Assembly (NCBI GenBank): GCA_964291285.2
Contig: OZ219786.1
Location: 928,001-992,000 of the forward strand
Length of the DNA: 64,000 nucleotides
Reading direction: 5' to 3'
From: Alphaproteobacteria bacterium
GTDB lineage: Bacteria; Pseudomonadota; Alphaproteobacteria; Bin95
A program made the position numbers and the translations under genes. The notes beneath the pieces are model-generated. The model had not been told where the DNA came from, ran no database searches, and saw only the letters and a program-made list of their open reading frames with translations. Every line of letters starts with the position of its first letter. Positions within the stretch are counted from its first letter, which is position 1. Below, in pieces: positions 53,741-63,119 of this stretch.

Positions 53741-54517
53741 ATGAGCAATCCCTTCAGCCTCGAAGGCCGCAATGTCCTGGTCACGGGCGCCGCACAGGGC
53801 GTCGGCCGGGAGGTCGCGCGCACCGTCGTCTCGATGGGCGGCCGCGTCGCTGTCGTCGATCTCAACAAGGAAGGCATCGACAGCCTCGTCGCCGAGCTCG
53901 GCGAGGACAGGGCGATGGGCTTCCACGGCTCGGTCACCGAACAGGACCTGGCGGACGGCATCGTCGAGGCGGTGGTGGGCGAGTGGGGCTCGATCACCGG
54001 CCTTGTCAACAATGCCGGCATCGTCCGTGCCGCCATGATCCACAAGATGAGCCGCGAATACTGGGACGAGGTCATCAATGTGAACCTCACCGCCGTCTAT
54101 CTGGTGCTGCAGTCGGTCGGCAGGCGGATGATCGCGCAGTCGGAGACCGGCGAGTTCGGCGTCTGCCCCGGCCAGATCGTCAATGTGTCCTCGATCGCCG
54201 GCACGGCCGGCACCATCGGCCAGATCAACTACGGCGCGGCCAAGGCCGGCGTGCTCGGCATCACCATGAGCGCGGCGCGCGAATGGGCGCGCTACGGCAT
54301 CTGCGTGAATTCGGTGGCGTTCGGCACTGTCGTCACCCCGATGACCGAAGTGATCCGGGGCCCGAAATTCGGCGCCCAGACGATGGCCCGCATTCCGCTC
54401 GGCCGCTATGCCGAGACCAGCGATGTGGCGCCGGCCGTCTGCTTCCTGCTCGCGCCGGGGGCCAACTACATCACCGGCAAGAACCTCACCATCGACGGCG
54501 GCATGACCGCGATGTGA
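53741..54517 (+). CDS. SDR, FabG-like 3-oxoacyl reductase
   Basis: TGAAQGVG, NNAG, GQINYGAAKAG. Confidence 0.9.
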   Translation: MSNPFSLEGRNVLVTGAAQGVGREVARTVVSMGGRVAVVDLNKEGIDSLVAELGEDRAMGFHGSVTEQDLADGIVEAVVGEWGSITGLVNNAGIVRAAMIHKMSREYWDEVINVNLTAVYLVLQSVGRRMIAQSETGEFGVCPGQIVNVSSIAGTAGTIGQINYGAAKAGVLGITMSAAREWARYGICVNSVAFGTVVTPMTEVIRGPKFGAQTMARIPLGRYAETSDVAPAVCFLLAPGANYITGKNLTIDGGMTAM

Positions 54518-54526
54518 GGCAGGGGC

Positions 54527-55414
54527 GTGACCGCTCTTTCGACGGGGCCCTGGCGGAGCTTCCTGTTCGCCCCGGCCAACCATGCGCGCATGGCGGAGAA
54601 GGTGTTCCGGGCGGGCGCCGACGCGGCGATCCTGGACCTTGAGGACGCGGTCGCGGTCGCGGAGAAGCCGGCCGCTCGCGCCGACGCGGTCGCCGCTCTC
54701 AGGCGGCCGCGGCCTTGCAAAGGCTTCGTGCGCGTCAACGCCGCCGAGACGGAGTGGTGCTTCGGGGACATGGAGGCGATCGTCGGGCCGTGGCTCGACG
54801 GCATCGTGCTGCCGAAGCTCGAGAGCGCGGCCATGCTCCGGACCATCGACTGGACGCTGGCCCAGCTCGAGCGCAAGGCCGGGCTGGAACCGGGCAGCAT
54901 CGACCTCATGCCCATCGTCGAGACCGGCCTCGGCATCTCCAACCTGAAGGAGATCGCCGCCTGCCGCTCGCGCCTCGGGCGGCTCTGCTTCGGGGCCGGC
55001 GACTACACGCTCGATGTCGGGATGCGCTGGTCGCTGGACGAGACGGAGCTGGCGCATGCGCGCGCGGCGATGGTGGTGGAATCGCGCGCGGGCGGGCTGG
55101 AGCCGCCGGTCGATACGGTGTTCATCGAGTTGCGCGAGACGGAGGCCTTCGCGGCCTCGGCGCGCCGCGCGCTCGCGCTCGGCTTCCAGGGCAAGCTCTG
55201 CATCCATCCGAGCCAGGTGGGGCCGGTCAACGACGCCTTCTCGCCGACGGAGGAGGAGACGACACGCGCGCGGCGCATCGTCGCGGCGTTCGACGAAGCC
55301 GAGGCCGCCGGCTCCGCCTCCATCCAGGTGGACGGCTATTTCGTCGATTACCCCATCGTCGAAAAGGCCCGCCGCACCCTGGCCCTGGCGGACCGCATAG
55401 CGGAGCGGGGCTGA
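54527..55414 (+). CDS. CitE/malyl-CoA lyase family CoA-ester lyase
   Basis: LDLEDAV, FVRVN, LPK, IVET, GKLCIHPSQ. Confidence 0.9.
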   Translation: MTALSTGPWRSFLFAPANHARMAEKVFRAGADAAILDLEDAVAVAEKPAARADAVAALRRPRPCKGFVRVNAAETEWCFGDMEAIVGPWLDGIVLPKLESAAMLRTIDWTLAQLERKAGLEPGSIDLMPIVETGLGISNLKEIAACRSRLGRLCFGAGDYTLDVGMRWSLDETELAHARAAMVVESRAGGLEPPVDTVFIELRETEAFAASARRALALGFQGKLCIHPSQVGPVNDAFSPTEEETTRARRIVAAFDEAEAAGSASIQVDGYFVDYPIVEKARRTLALADRIAERG

Positions 55415-55421
55415 GGGCGGG

Positions 55422-55451
55422 TATGTGCCGGGGTCCATGGACCGGCGCATA
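55422..55451. terminator. Hairpin between convergent genes
   Basis: TATGTGCC-GG-GGTCCATGGACC-GGCGCATA fold-back with no strong U tract. Confidence 0.35.
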
Positions 55452-55470
55452 GGGGCCACTCCACGCGCCG

Positions 55471-55497
55471 TGTCATGGAATGTCATGATCTGTCATG
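55471..55497 (-). repeat. CATGACA direct-repeat array (3 copies, 10-bp period)
   Basis: Plus strand TGTCATG at 55471, 55481, 55491; overlaps the stop codon of the TerS-like ORF. Confidence 0.9.
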
Positions 55498-56483
55498 TCC
55501 GGGGGCGAATTCGACGCTGTCGAACCGGTCGCCGCCCGCCGGTCCGGGTCGCCGGTCCAGTCCTCTTCCTCATCGCCGTCGCCGTCCCGGTCGCCGCTCC
55601 AGTCGTTGTCTTCGTCTTCGCCCCGCTCTTCCCGTTCGAGGCGGCTCTGCCTGCGCTCCTCGACCTGCTCCGGGGCCCAGGGGTCGTAGATGTCGTCGTA
55701 TCCGTTGCGGCGCTGGTAGAGCCAGTCATGTTCGGCGCCGTCGGCCCGGTCGTCGTCGGTGCTGTCCTCGTGGCCGGGCGCGGCGGCGGCGGCCCACGGG
55801 CAGTCTTCGTAGGTCTCCTCCGGCGGGTCGTCGGCCGGCGGCAGGTCGTTTGCCGGCGCGGGCGGGGGGCCGAAGCTCACGGGCAGGCGGGAGCGCTCCT
55901 CGACGGCCGCGGCGAGCCTGCGGGCGGCCTCCTCATGCGCGGCCCCGTCGAAGCCCTCCTGCGCCTCCATCTCCTCCCGTCGCTCGCGGTGGCGGGCGAG
56001 CGCTCGTTCGGCCCGGGCATGGCCGCTGCGCACGGCGTCTGCGAGCGGTCCGGGTTCGGTGCCGGTCTCCTGCGCCTCGCCCGCTTCGATCTCGCCGAAC
56101 TCGTCCTCGTGCGGCAGCGGCCAGAGGCGGGCCCGGTTCGCGCCGGCCGGACTGACAAGCCCGGCGATCTCGGCCTGGAAGCGCAGCACCCGGAGCATCA
56201 TGTAAGCCGAGCCGCTGGCGACGGCGGCGTCCCAGGCCTGCTCCGAGCGGGCGAGCAGGATGCGGGCCTCGTCGCGTTCGGTGCGCTTCCAGGACAGGCG
56301 GATGCGGCGCACGCGCTCGACGATCCAGGGCCGCTCCAGCAGGGCGCATCCGGTCTGTCGTGCGGAGCGCTCGGCATAGCCGGCCTGCCTTGCAGCGTCT
56401 GCGGCATTGCCGGAGGCGGTGTAGTGGCGGCAGAAGGCTTCCTGGCGGGTGGAAAGCGCGACGGCGGGGTCGATGACGGGCAT
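55473..56483 (-). CDS. Orphan terminase-small-subunit-like HTH protein with a long acidic low-complexity tail
   Basis: AAAGGAG RBS; LSTRQEAFCRHYTASGNAADAARQAGYAERSARQTGCALL matches the TerS N-terminal HTH pattern; D/E-rich C-terminal part; no other phage genes nearby. Confidence 0.75.
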   Translation of the reverse strand: MPVIDPAVALSTRQEAFCRHYTASGNAADAARQAGYAERSARQTGCALLERPWIVERVRRIRLSWKRTERDEARILLARSEQAWDAAVASGSAYMMLRVLRFQAEIAGLVSPAGANRARLWPLPHEDEFGEIEAGEAQETGTEPGPLADAVRSGHARAERALARHRERREEMEAQEGFDGAAHEEAARRLAAAVEERSRLPVSFGPPPAPANDLPPADDPPEETYEDCPWAAAAAPGHEDSTDDDRADGAEHDWLYQRRNGYDDIYDPWAPEQVEERRQSRLEREERGEDEDNDWSGDRDGDGDEEEDWTGDPDRRAATGSTASNSPPDMTDHDIP

Positions 56484-56760
56484 GGTGTGCGGCTCCTTTC
56501 GTTCCGCTGGCGTTCGACAGGCAGGCCCGGCGGGGAGCGACCCTTATTCGCGCGTATCCTGCGCGCGCCTGTGCCGGCGCGGGCGGGTGTCGGCGCCGGC
56601 GCGGTTCGCGCGCCTGATTGCGCGGGCGCGAGGCGGGCGCAGGGCACACCTCGCCTGTCGGCTGAATCGGGGTCGTTCCGCACCGGGCCGGCGCGGGCGG
56701 GAAGCGGCTCCGGATGCCTCCTCCCTCGCACCCATCATACCACAATTTCTGAAAATGCAA
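56481..56760 (-). repeat. Conserved structured leader plus promoter-like motif, copy B
   Basis: TTGCAT-N15-TATGAT, then the same blocks as 44281-44525; 38-nt core at 56587-56624. Confidence 0.85.
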
Positions 56761-56869
56761 GCCCCATTATAAGAATTATTACATAAACTTCAGGAACGAC
56801 TTGTTATATGCCTTCATCACCCGCTCTCGCCTCCGGGCAGAGGCGCCGGTGCCTCGTGCGGCCGCAGCC

Positions 56870-57067
56870 TCACTGCCGGAGGTCCCGGCCCGCCCTCCGG
56901 CCGCCGGCGCAGGCGTCTTCCGTCAACAGGCGAGCGTCGCGGCGGTCGCGGTAAATCGCCCCGCCGATGAGTTGCCTATCCCTGAAATCGCGCCGGAGTC
57001 TCCTGTCCTGCGTGTAGAGGAGCCGGACGCCGGTGGCGCGGGCGAGCGCGACGACATGCGGGTCACG
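56870..57067 (-). pseudogene. C-terminal fragment of a PIN-like domain protein
   Basis: Frame not in the ORF list: RDPHVVALARATGVRLLYTQDRRLRRDF...; no in-frame start; truncated where the AT-rich sequence begins. Confidence 0.5.
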
Positions 57068-57295
57068 TGAGTATATATATTTGGAGCATCCTCTGATCCA
57101 TATGGATCGACTGTTTGTCGACGACCAGCCATCGGCTTTGCCTCATTTCGTCGCCTTGGGCCCCAATCCGAGGTGACGGTTGGGATCTACAGACGAGACT
57201 GTTTTAATTCGAACGGCTCATGCTCTAAATTGCGTATCACGTATTCCAAATATCATTAATGATAGTCATGGAGAAAATATTGCCTCAGACCAAAG

Positions 57296-57580
57296 TCAGA
57301 AAACAAAAAAATATCGCCTTCTTCTTCCTTCACCCTGTGCATTTACTGTAGGGTATGCATGATGTTTATCTTGAAAATTCCTGATAAAAATATGCTCCAT
57401 CAGCGTTGGAATTGTATTTCTCCAAGGACGAACAAGACATACAATCATTCGGACACCTGCCAAATATCCATGAACTTTCATAGGAAGTTTGTAACCATAT
57501 AAAACTAGGTAATTTCTTCGCATATCGTCGAGAAACCGATTGCCGAAATCGTTTGTCTTGCCGATGTAAACCACTTCCAT
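57296..57580 (-). CDS. Low-GC GIY-YIG-like nuclease fragment or small ORF
   Basis: VVYIGKTNDFGNRF...MEHIFIRNF...HHAYPTVN; AT-rich islet; first GIY strand missing or frameshifted. Confidence 0.45.
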   Translation of the reverse strand: MEVVYIGKTNDFGNRFLDDMRRNYLVLYGYKLPMKVHGYLAGVRMIVCLVRPWRNTIPTLMEHIFIRNFQDKHHAYPTVNAQGEGRRRRYFFVF

Positions 57581-57706
57581 TATCTCGCCGCAAGAAATCG
57601 AGGTAGTCCACTGGCCGCCCTATCCTTTTGTTCCCCAGCAGAGAACTGCCAACATCGTTTGTGCCTCATTTATATAGCGCAACTCCCGATGACCTGCTTT
57701 CGTGGA

Positions 57707-58504
57707 CTATCCAGCATCCTCATTGTCTACGGCCCACGGCGGCGGGCGCTTTTCGTTGAAGGCGTCTATGCCGGCGCGGGCGGCGGGGGCTCGGAGGAGG
57801 GCGGCTATGGTGTGCGCGGCGTCGTCCAGGGTTTCGTTCACCGGGCGGTCGGAGGCGGAGATGACCAGGCGCTTGGCCTGCGCGACGGCCCCGGGCTCCG
57901 AGCGGCGGACCTGATCGAGCACCCCGGCCAGCGCCGAATCGGCGTCCTCCCGGCTGGCCGCGAGAATGTGGGCGAGGCCGTCGCGGAGCGCGTCGCGGCC
58001 GTCCAGTATGGTGCCGGTCGCGACCAGCCGCCGGGTCCAGCCCTCGCCCATGCGCCGCACGATGTGGGGGATGACCTGGGCCGGGATGAAGCCGGAGCGC
58101 GCCTCGGGCAGGCCGATCTTCGCGTCCTCGGTGACGATCACGACATCGGAGCAGCAGGCCATGCCGAGGCCGCCGCCCGTGCAGGCGCCCTCGACCACCG
58201 CGATGACGGCCTGCGGCAGCGCGTTCAGCAACTCCAGAACATGGCCCATCCTGCGATAGACGGGAAAGAGCGGGTCCGGATCCGCGGCCGGCGGGACGTC
58301 TCCCAGCATCGACATGTCGCCGCCGGCCGAGAACTGCCCGCCCTCGCCCCGCAGCACGACGGCGCGCGCGTCCGACGCCCCGGCTTCCCGAAAGGCGGCC
58401 AGCAGCGCGTCCATTGTCTCCTGGGTCAGCGCGTTGCGGCGCCCGGGCCGCGTCAGCCGGACATGAAGGGCGATTCCCTCCCGCTCGACCCGGACCGGGC
58501 TCAC
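57707..58504 (-). CDS. Enoyl-CoA hydratase/isomerase family protein
   Basis: RRNALT, FSAGGD, GACTGGG, GLPEARSG. Confidence 0.9.
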   Translation of the reverse strand: MSPVRVEREGIALHVRLTRPGRRNALTQETMDALLAAFREAGASDARAVVLRGEGGQFSAGGDMSMLGDVPPAADPDPLFPVYRRMGHVLELLNALPQAVIAVVEGACTGGGLGMACCSDVVIVTEDAKIGLPEARSGFIPAQVIPHIVRRMGEGWTRRLVATGTILDGRDALRDGLAHILAASREDADSALAGVLDQVRRSEPGAVAQAKRLVISASDRPVNETLDDAAHTIAALLRAPAARAGIDAFNEKRPPPWAVDNEDAG

Positions 58505-60087
58505 GACGGGGACCCGAACCCGCCCGCGCCGGGGGTCTCGACGCGGAGCCCTTCACCCTCGCGCACAATGACGCCCGACGGCTTGATCTCAAGAGGGGTT
58601 TCGGACCCGGAGCCGTCCAGAAGCGCGAACCGGCCCCGGCCGCCGGGCTCTCCGCCGGCAAGGCCCCAGGGCGCGTTGGAGAAGCGCTCGCCCGCACCGT
58701 TGAAGAGGCAGTCATGCCCCACCGGCCTGACCACTCGATAGAGCCCACGCCCGCCCCGGAACCGCCCCGCGCCGCCGGAGCCTTCCAGCAGGCCGTAGCG
58801 CTCGACCATCAGCGGGTATTCGGTCTCGATGGCCTCGACCGGCAGGTTGGAGGTGTTGGTGATGCCGACCTGCACGCCGTCCTTGCCGTGCCCGCCCGGC
58901 CAGCCGCCGGCGCCGCCGCCGAGCGTTTCCAGATAGAGGTAGCCTTCGCCCGTTCGCGGGTCGATGCCGGAGAAGACGGCGGTGGTGTTGGCGCCGTTGC
59001 CGGCCGCCGGCGCACGGTCGGGCACGGCCGGCGCAAGCGCGCCGAACACGGTGTCGATGATCCGCTGGCAGGTATGCGCCCGCGCCGCCACCGGGGCGGG
59101 GAAGACGGCGTTGAGCAGCGAGCCGCGCGGGGCTGAAATCTCCACGCAGTCGATCACCGCCTGGTTGTTCGGCACTTCGGGGTCCAGCAGCGCCTTGAGC
59201 GTGTAGGTGACCGCGGCGACGGTCGCGTTCATGGTCACATTGACGTTGCCGGGCACCTGCGGCGCGGTGCCGGAGAAGTCGAAGCTGGCGCGCCCGCCCT
59301 TCTTCTCGACCGTCAGCACGATTGGGATGTCGCGGGCCTCCAGCCCGTCATCGTCCATGACGTCGTCGAAGCGGTAGGTGCCGTCGGGGATCGCGCGGAT
59401 GGCGTCCGCCATGCGTCCGGCAGTGCGCGCCAGCATGTCCTCGAAGGCGGCGAGCACGGTATCGGCGCCGTAGGCCGCGACGGTCTCCGCCATGCGCCTC
59501 ACGCCCAGATTGCAGGCCGCGACCTGGGCGAAATAGTCCCCGCGCCGCTCGTTCGGCAGCCGCACGTTCAGCAGTACGAGGTCGAACAGCTCCTGTTGCA
59601 GCACGCCCCGGCGGAAGAGCTTGACCACCGGCACGCGCAGCCCTTCCTGGTAGATCTCCGACATGCCGCCGGCCATCGACCCCGGCGCCATGCCGCCGAC
59701 ATCGGCATGGTGGGCGATATTGCAGACCCAGGCGACGATGCGCCCGTCCGCGAACACCGGCGCGGCCATGTTGATGTCGGGAAGGTGGGTGCCGCCGGCC
59801 GTGTGCGGATCGTTGGCGATGACGATATCGCCTTCCTCGATATCGTCGCCGTAGCGGGCCAGCAGGCAGTCCATCAGCCCGCTCATCGACGCGATGTGGA
59901 TCGGCAGGGACTGCTCCGCCTGCGCGATCAGCCGGCCCTGCGCGTCCATGACCGCGGTCGAGTGGTCGTGCCGCTCCTTTATGTTCGTGGAGTAGGCGCT
60001 CTTCATCAGCGCGGCGAAGGTTTCGTCGGTTATGGAGCGCAGCGCGTTGGCGAGGATTTCGAGGCCGATGGGGTCGAGGGCGGTCAT
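58501..60087 (-). CDS. Hydantoinase B/oxoprolinase family protein
   Basis: SAYSTNIKERHDHS, NDPHTAGGTHLPD, HHADVGG, IYQEG, TPGAGGFG. Confidence 0.93.
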   Translation of the reverse strand: MTALDPIGLEILANALRSITDETFAALMKSAYSTNIKERHDHSTAVMDAQGRLIAQAEQSLPIHIASMSGLMDCLLARYGDDIEEGDIVIANDPHTAGGTHLPDINMAAPVFADGRIVAWVCNIAHHADVGGMAPGSMAGGMSEIYQEGLRVPVVKLFRRGVLQQELFDLVLLNVRLPNERRGDYFAQVAACNLGVRRMAETVAAYGADTVLAAFEDMLARTAGRMADAIRAIPDGTYRFDDVMDDDGLEARDIPIVLTVEKKGGRASFDFSGTAPQVPGNVNVTMNATVAAVTYTLKALLDPEVPNNQAVIDCVEISAPRGSLLNAVFPAPVAARAHTCQRIIDTVFGALAPAVPDRAPAAGNGANTTAVFSGIDPRTGEGYLYLETLGGGAGGWPGGHGKDGVQVGITNTSNLPVEAIETEYPLMVERYGLLEGSGGAGRFRGGRGLYRVVRPVGHDCLFNGAGERFSNAPWGLAGGEPGGRGRFALLDGSGSETPLEIKPSGVIVREGEGLRVETPGAGGFGSPS

Positions 60088-62126
60088 GCGGCGATCCGTA
60101 TGGCGAGGTTGCCGTGAGCGTCCACCGCGGCGCTGTCGCCCGGATAGACGATGGCGGTGGCGTCGAGCTGCTCGATGACGGCGGGGCCGGCGATGCGGCT
60201 GCCGGCTCCGAGCGCCGCGCGGTCGTAAACCGGCGTCTCCGGGAACGCCCGTCCCGCAAAGCGGACGGGCCGGGTCTCCCTCGGCGGGGGCGGCCCGTCG
60301 GCAGGCGGCAGCGTGGTCATGGGCGCGCGGTAGAGGCGGGCTTTCGCCGTCAGGCGCAGATTGACGATCTCGACCGGGTCCTCCGGATTGCGGAAGCCGT
60401 AGGCGGACTCGTGCGCGTCGAGGAACCGGTCGCGCAGATCGTCGAGACTGTCCGGCAATGCCACCGCGAGCTCGAAATTCTGCCCGACATGGCGCATGTC
60501 GAGCGAGACCTCCGTCTGCCGGCCTTCCGCGGCACCTTCGCCCGCGAACCAGAGCCGGGCCTGTTCCTCCAGCGCCTCCAGGATGGCGGCGATGCGCGGG
60601 AACGCCTCGGGCGCCACGGCGATGCGCTCGCTGCGGGTGAAGGTCTCGCGCAGGTCCGAGACCAGCAGCCCCTCCGCGCAGACGATGCCGGGCGCCGGCG
60701 GCACGAGGATTTCGCCGATGCCGATGCCGGCGGCCACGTCGCGCGCATGCAGCGGCCCGGCCCCGCCGAAGGCGGCCAGCACATAGCCGCGCGGGTCGTG
60801 GCCGCGCTCCACCGAGACCGTGCGGATGGCGCGGATCATGTTGGCGGCCACGATGTCGAGCACGCCTTCCGCGGTGCGCTCGACCGAGAGGCCGAGGCGC
60901 CGGGCCGCCGGCTCGAAGGCGGCGCGGGCCCTCTCCTCGTCGAGGCTCATGCCGCCGTCCAGCAGGCCGCGCGCGCTGAGCCGGCCGAGCAGCAGGTTGG
61001 CGTCGGTGACGGTCGGCTCGGTGTTGCCGCGCCCGTAACAGGCGGGGCCGGGGTCGGCGCCGGCGCTCTGCGGGCCGACCTTCATCAGCCCGTCGCGGTC
61101 GAACCAGGCGATGGACCCGCCGCCCGCGCCGATGGTCGCGATGTCGATCTGCGGCAGGCGGATCGGGAAGCCCGCCACGGCCCGCTCATAGGCAATGTCC
61201 GCCTCGCCGCCCCGGATGAGCGCCATGTCGGCGCTGGTGCCGCCCATGTCGAGCGTGACGAGGTCGCGCAAGCCCGCGCTGCGGGCCGCGTGGACGGCGC
61301 CGACGACGCCCGCCGCCGGCCCCGAAAGCGCGGTGCGGACCGGGAAGGCCCGCGCGCGGTCCACCGACATCAGCCCGCCGCTCGACTGGTTGATGCCCAG
61401 CGCGGCACGGGGCGCGGTTTCGGACAGGCCCCGCTCCAGCCGGCCGAGATAGCGGTCCATCACCGGCTGCAGCCAAGCGTTCGCGGTCGTGGTCGAGAAG
61501 CGCTCGAACTCCCGGAACTCCGGCTGGACCTCGCAGGAGAGCGAGACATGCAGGTCCGGCAGCGCCGCGCCGAGCGCCTCGGCCATCGCGCGTTCGTGCG
61601 CGCCGTTCAGGTAGGCGAACAGGAAGCAGACCGCGCAGGCGTCCGCCCCGCTCGCCCGCACCGCCTCGACGGCCGCCCTTATGTCCGCCGGGGCCGGCGC
61701 GCGCACCGCCCCGCCCGCCGCGTCCATGCGCTCGGCAAGCTCGAAGCGCCGCTCCGGCGGCACCGGCGGCGGCGGGAAGCTGCGGCGGAAGTCGTACATG
61801 TGCGGGCGCACCTGCCGGCCGATCTCCAGCAGGTCCCGGAAGCCTTCGGTGGTCACCAGCGCCACCTTGCCGCCCCTGCCCTGGAGCAGCGCGTTGGTGG
61901 CGACCGTGGTGCCGTGCGCCAGGCGGGAGACCGCGTCCAGCCCGATCCCGCAGGCCGCCGCCATCTCCCGGAGGCCGTCGAGGATGGCGCGGCTCGGGTC
62001 GTCCGGCGTCGAGGGCCGCTTGAAAACATGCGTCTCGCCGGTGCGGTCGTTGACCGCGGAGAAGTCGGTGAAGGTGCCGCCGACATCCACCCCGACGATC
62101 CAGGACCCGCCCTCAGGCCCGTTCAT
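60084..62126 (-). CDS. Hydantoinase A/oxoprolinase family protein
   Basis: VDVGGTFTD, HGTTVATN, SGPAAG, DMGGTS, GAGGGS, FGGAGPLH. Confidence 0.93.
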   Translation of the reverse strand: MNGPEGGSWIVGVDVGGTFTDFSAVNDRTGETHVFKRPSTPDDPSRAILDGLREMAAACGIGLDAVSRLAHGTTVATNALLQGRGGKVALVTTEGFRDLLEIGRQVRPHMYDFRRSFPPPPVPPERRFELAERMDAAGGAVRAPAPADIRAAVEAVRASGADACAVCFLFAYLNGAHERAMAEALGAALPDLHVSLSCEVQPEFREFERFSTTTANAWLQPVMDRYLGRLERGLSETAPRAALGINQSSGGLMSVDRARAFPVRTALSGPAAGVVGAVHAARSAGLRDLVTLDMGGTSADMALIRGGEADIAYERAVAGFPIRLPQIDIATIGAGGGSIAWFDRDGLMKVGPQSAGADPGPACYGRGNTEPTVTDANLLLGRLSARGLLDGGMSLDEERARAAFEPAARRLGLSVERTAEGVLDIVAANMIRAIRTVSVERGHDPRGYVLAAFGGAGPLHARDVAAGIGIGEILVPPAPGIVCAEGLLVSDLRETFTRSERIAVAPEAFPRIAAILEALEEQARLWFAGEGAAEGRQTEVSLDMRHVGQNFELAVALPDSLDDLRDRFLDAHESAYGFRNPEDPVEIVNLRLTAKARLYRAPMTTLPPADGPPPPRETRPVRFAGRAFPETPVYDRAALGAGSRIAGPAVIEQLDATAIVYPGDSAAVDAHGNLAIRIAA

Positions 62127-62276
62127 CGCTCGACCCCGCTTCCATGCGGCTTTCCCCCTGCGTCCCGGCCCGTCCCGGCGTTCCCGTCCGGCGGCGCGGG
62201 CCAATCTAGCCCACATTCCCCGCCGGGGTCACGGGCCGCGCGCCGCTACCGAGATGGTATTTTTCCCTAAAAGGGG

Positions 62277-62309
62277 TTGCATTCCGTGAGATATGTTCTA
62301 TATTAGTTC
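62277..62309 (+). promoter_or_regulatory. Promoter with an overlapping perfect LexA box
   Basis: TTGCAT (62277)-N16-TATATT; GTTC-TATATTA-GTTC at 62295-62309 straddles the -10. Confidence 0.75.
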
Positions 62310-62539
62310 CAATCATGCCATTCGAGGGAGCCGGAAGAGGCCATGACTTGATAGCGAAAGCGGCGGTGCCGCTCCTGCAGAAGGCGAACGCGCGGTGGCG
62401 AGGGGGCGGCCGCACAACAGGGCAGGTGCGCGCGCCGGGCCGCGGCTATTCATCGGGGTTCGAACACTTCCGGGGCCGGGCGGGCGCAATGTTCATCGCA
62501 ACCGGGCAGGCGGCATCCGGGAAGGGAGACACGGGAGAC

Positions 62540-62974
62540 ATGGGGAACATGAAGGACATGACGGTGGTGAGCAGGCGGGGCCTTGCGATCGGCGAGCATC
62601 TCAGGCGCCGCGCGGTCGCGGCGGTGCTGGAGAAGGGGATGAGCATGCGCGCCGCGGCGCAGCTCTACGAGGTGAGCGAGACCAGCGTCTGGCTCTGGGT
62701 GCAGCGTTTCCGCGAGCGCGGCCATGTCCGGCCCGACAGGCAGGGCGGCGGCGGGGTCTCGCGGATCGAGCCGGAGCGGGAGCGGATTCTTCGCATTCTG
62801 GCGGCGCGGCCGGCACTCTCCATCCACGGGCTGTGCAAGGCGCTGGCCGCCGAGGGCCTCACCTTCAGCTTCTCAACGGTGCAGCGCTTCCTGAAGCGCC
62901 ACGGCCTCGAACGCAGCAAACGCCTCGCCGCCGCAGAGCTCGTCCGGAAGTCCCGGCCGCGGACAGGCGGGTGA
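62540..62974 (+). CDS. IS630-family transposase-derived HTH protein (no DDE domain)
   Basis: LRRRAVAAVLEKGMSMRAAAQLYEVSETSVWLWVQRFRERG...STVQRFLKRHGL; no catalytic ORF or TIRs seen; alternative ATGs at 62549 and 62558. Confidence 0.72.
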   Translation: MGNMKDMTVVSRRGLAIGEHLRRRAVAAVLEKGMSMRAAAQLYEVSETSVWLWVQRFRERGHVRPDRQGGGGVSRIEPERERILRILAARPALSIHGLCKALAAEGLTFSFSTVQRFLKRHGLERSKRLAAAELVRKSRPRTGG

Positions 62975-62986
62975 GTCCGGCGACCG

Positions 62987-63027
62987 CTCATCCTGAGCAG
63001 CCTGCCTCCGGCGGGCGAATCGAAGGA
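62987..63027 (-). repeat. REP-like element, family 2 copy 2
   Basis: Reverse complement TCCTTCGATTCGCC-N11-GGCTGCTCAGGATGAG matches 9083-9125. Confidence 0.7.
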
Positions 63028-63119
63028 CGGCCCGGCCACCCCCGCACAGGCCATATGCTCGCAATATGCTGCCGCTACTGGCAAAGTGCGGGCTTGCCGG
63101 CCGCGCCGTGCCGCCCCCT

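Noticed and set aside
55473-57700. Prophage around the TerS-like gene
   Set aside because: No large terminase, portal, capsid, integrase or att repeats; flanks are metabolic genes
62315-63100. Active IS630 element
   Set aside because: No DDE domain, frameshift motif or terminal inverted repeats visible
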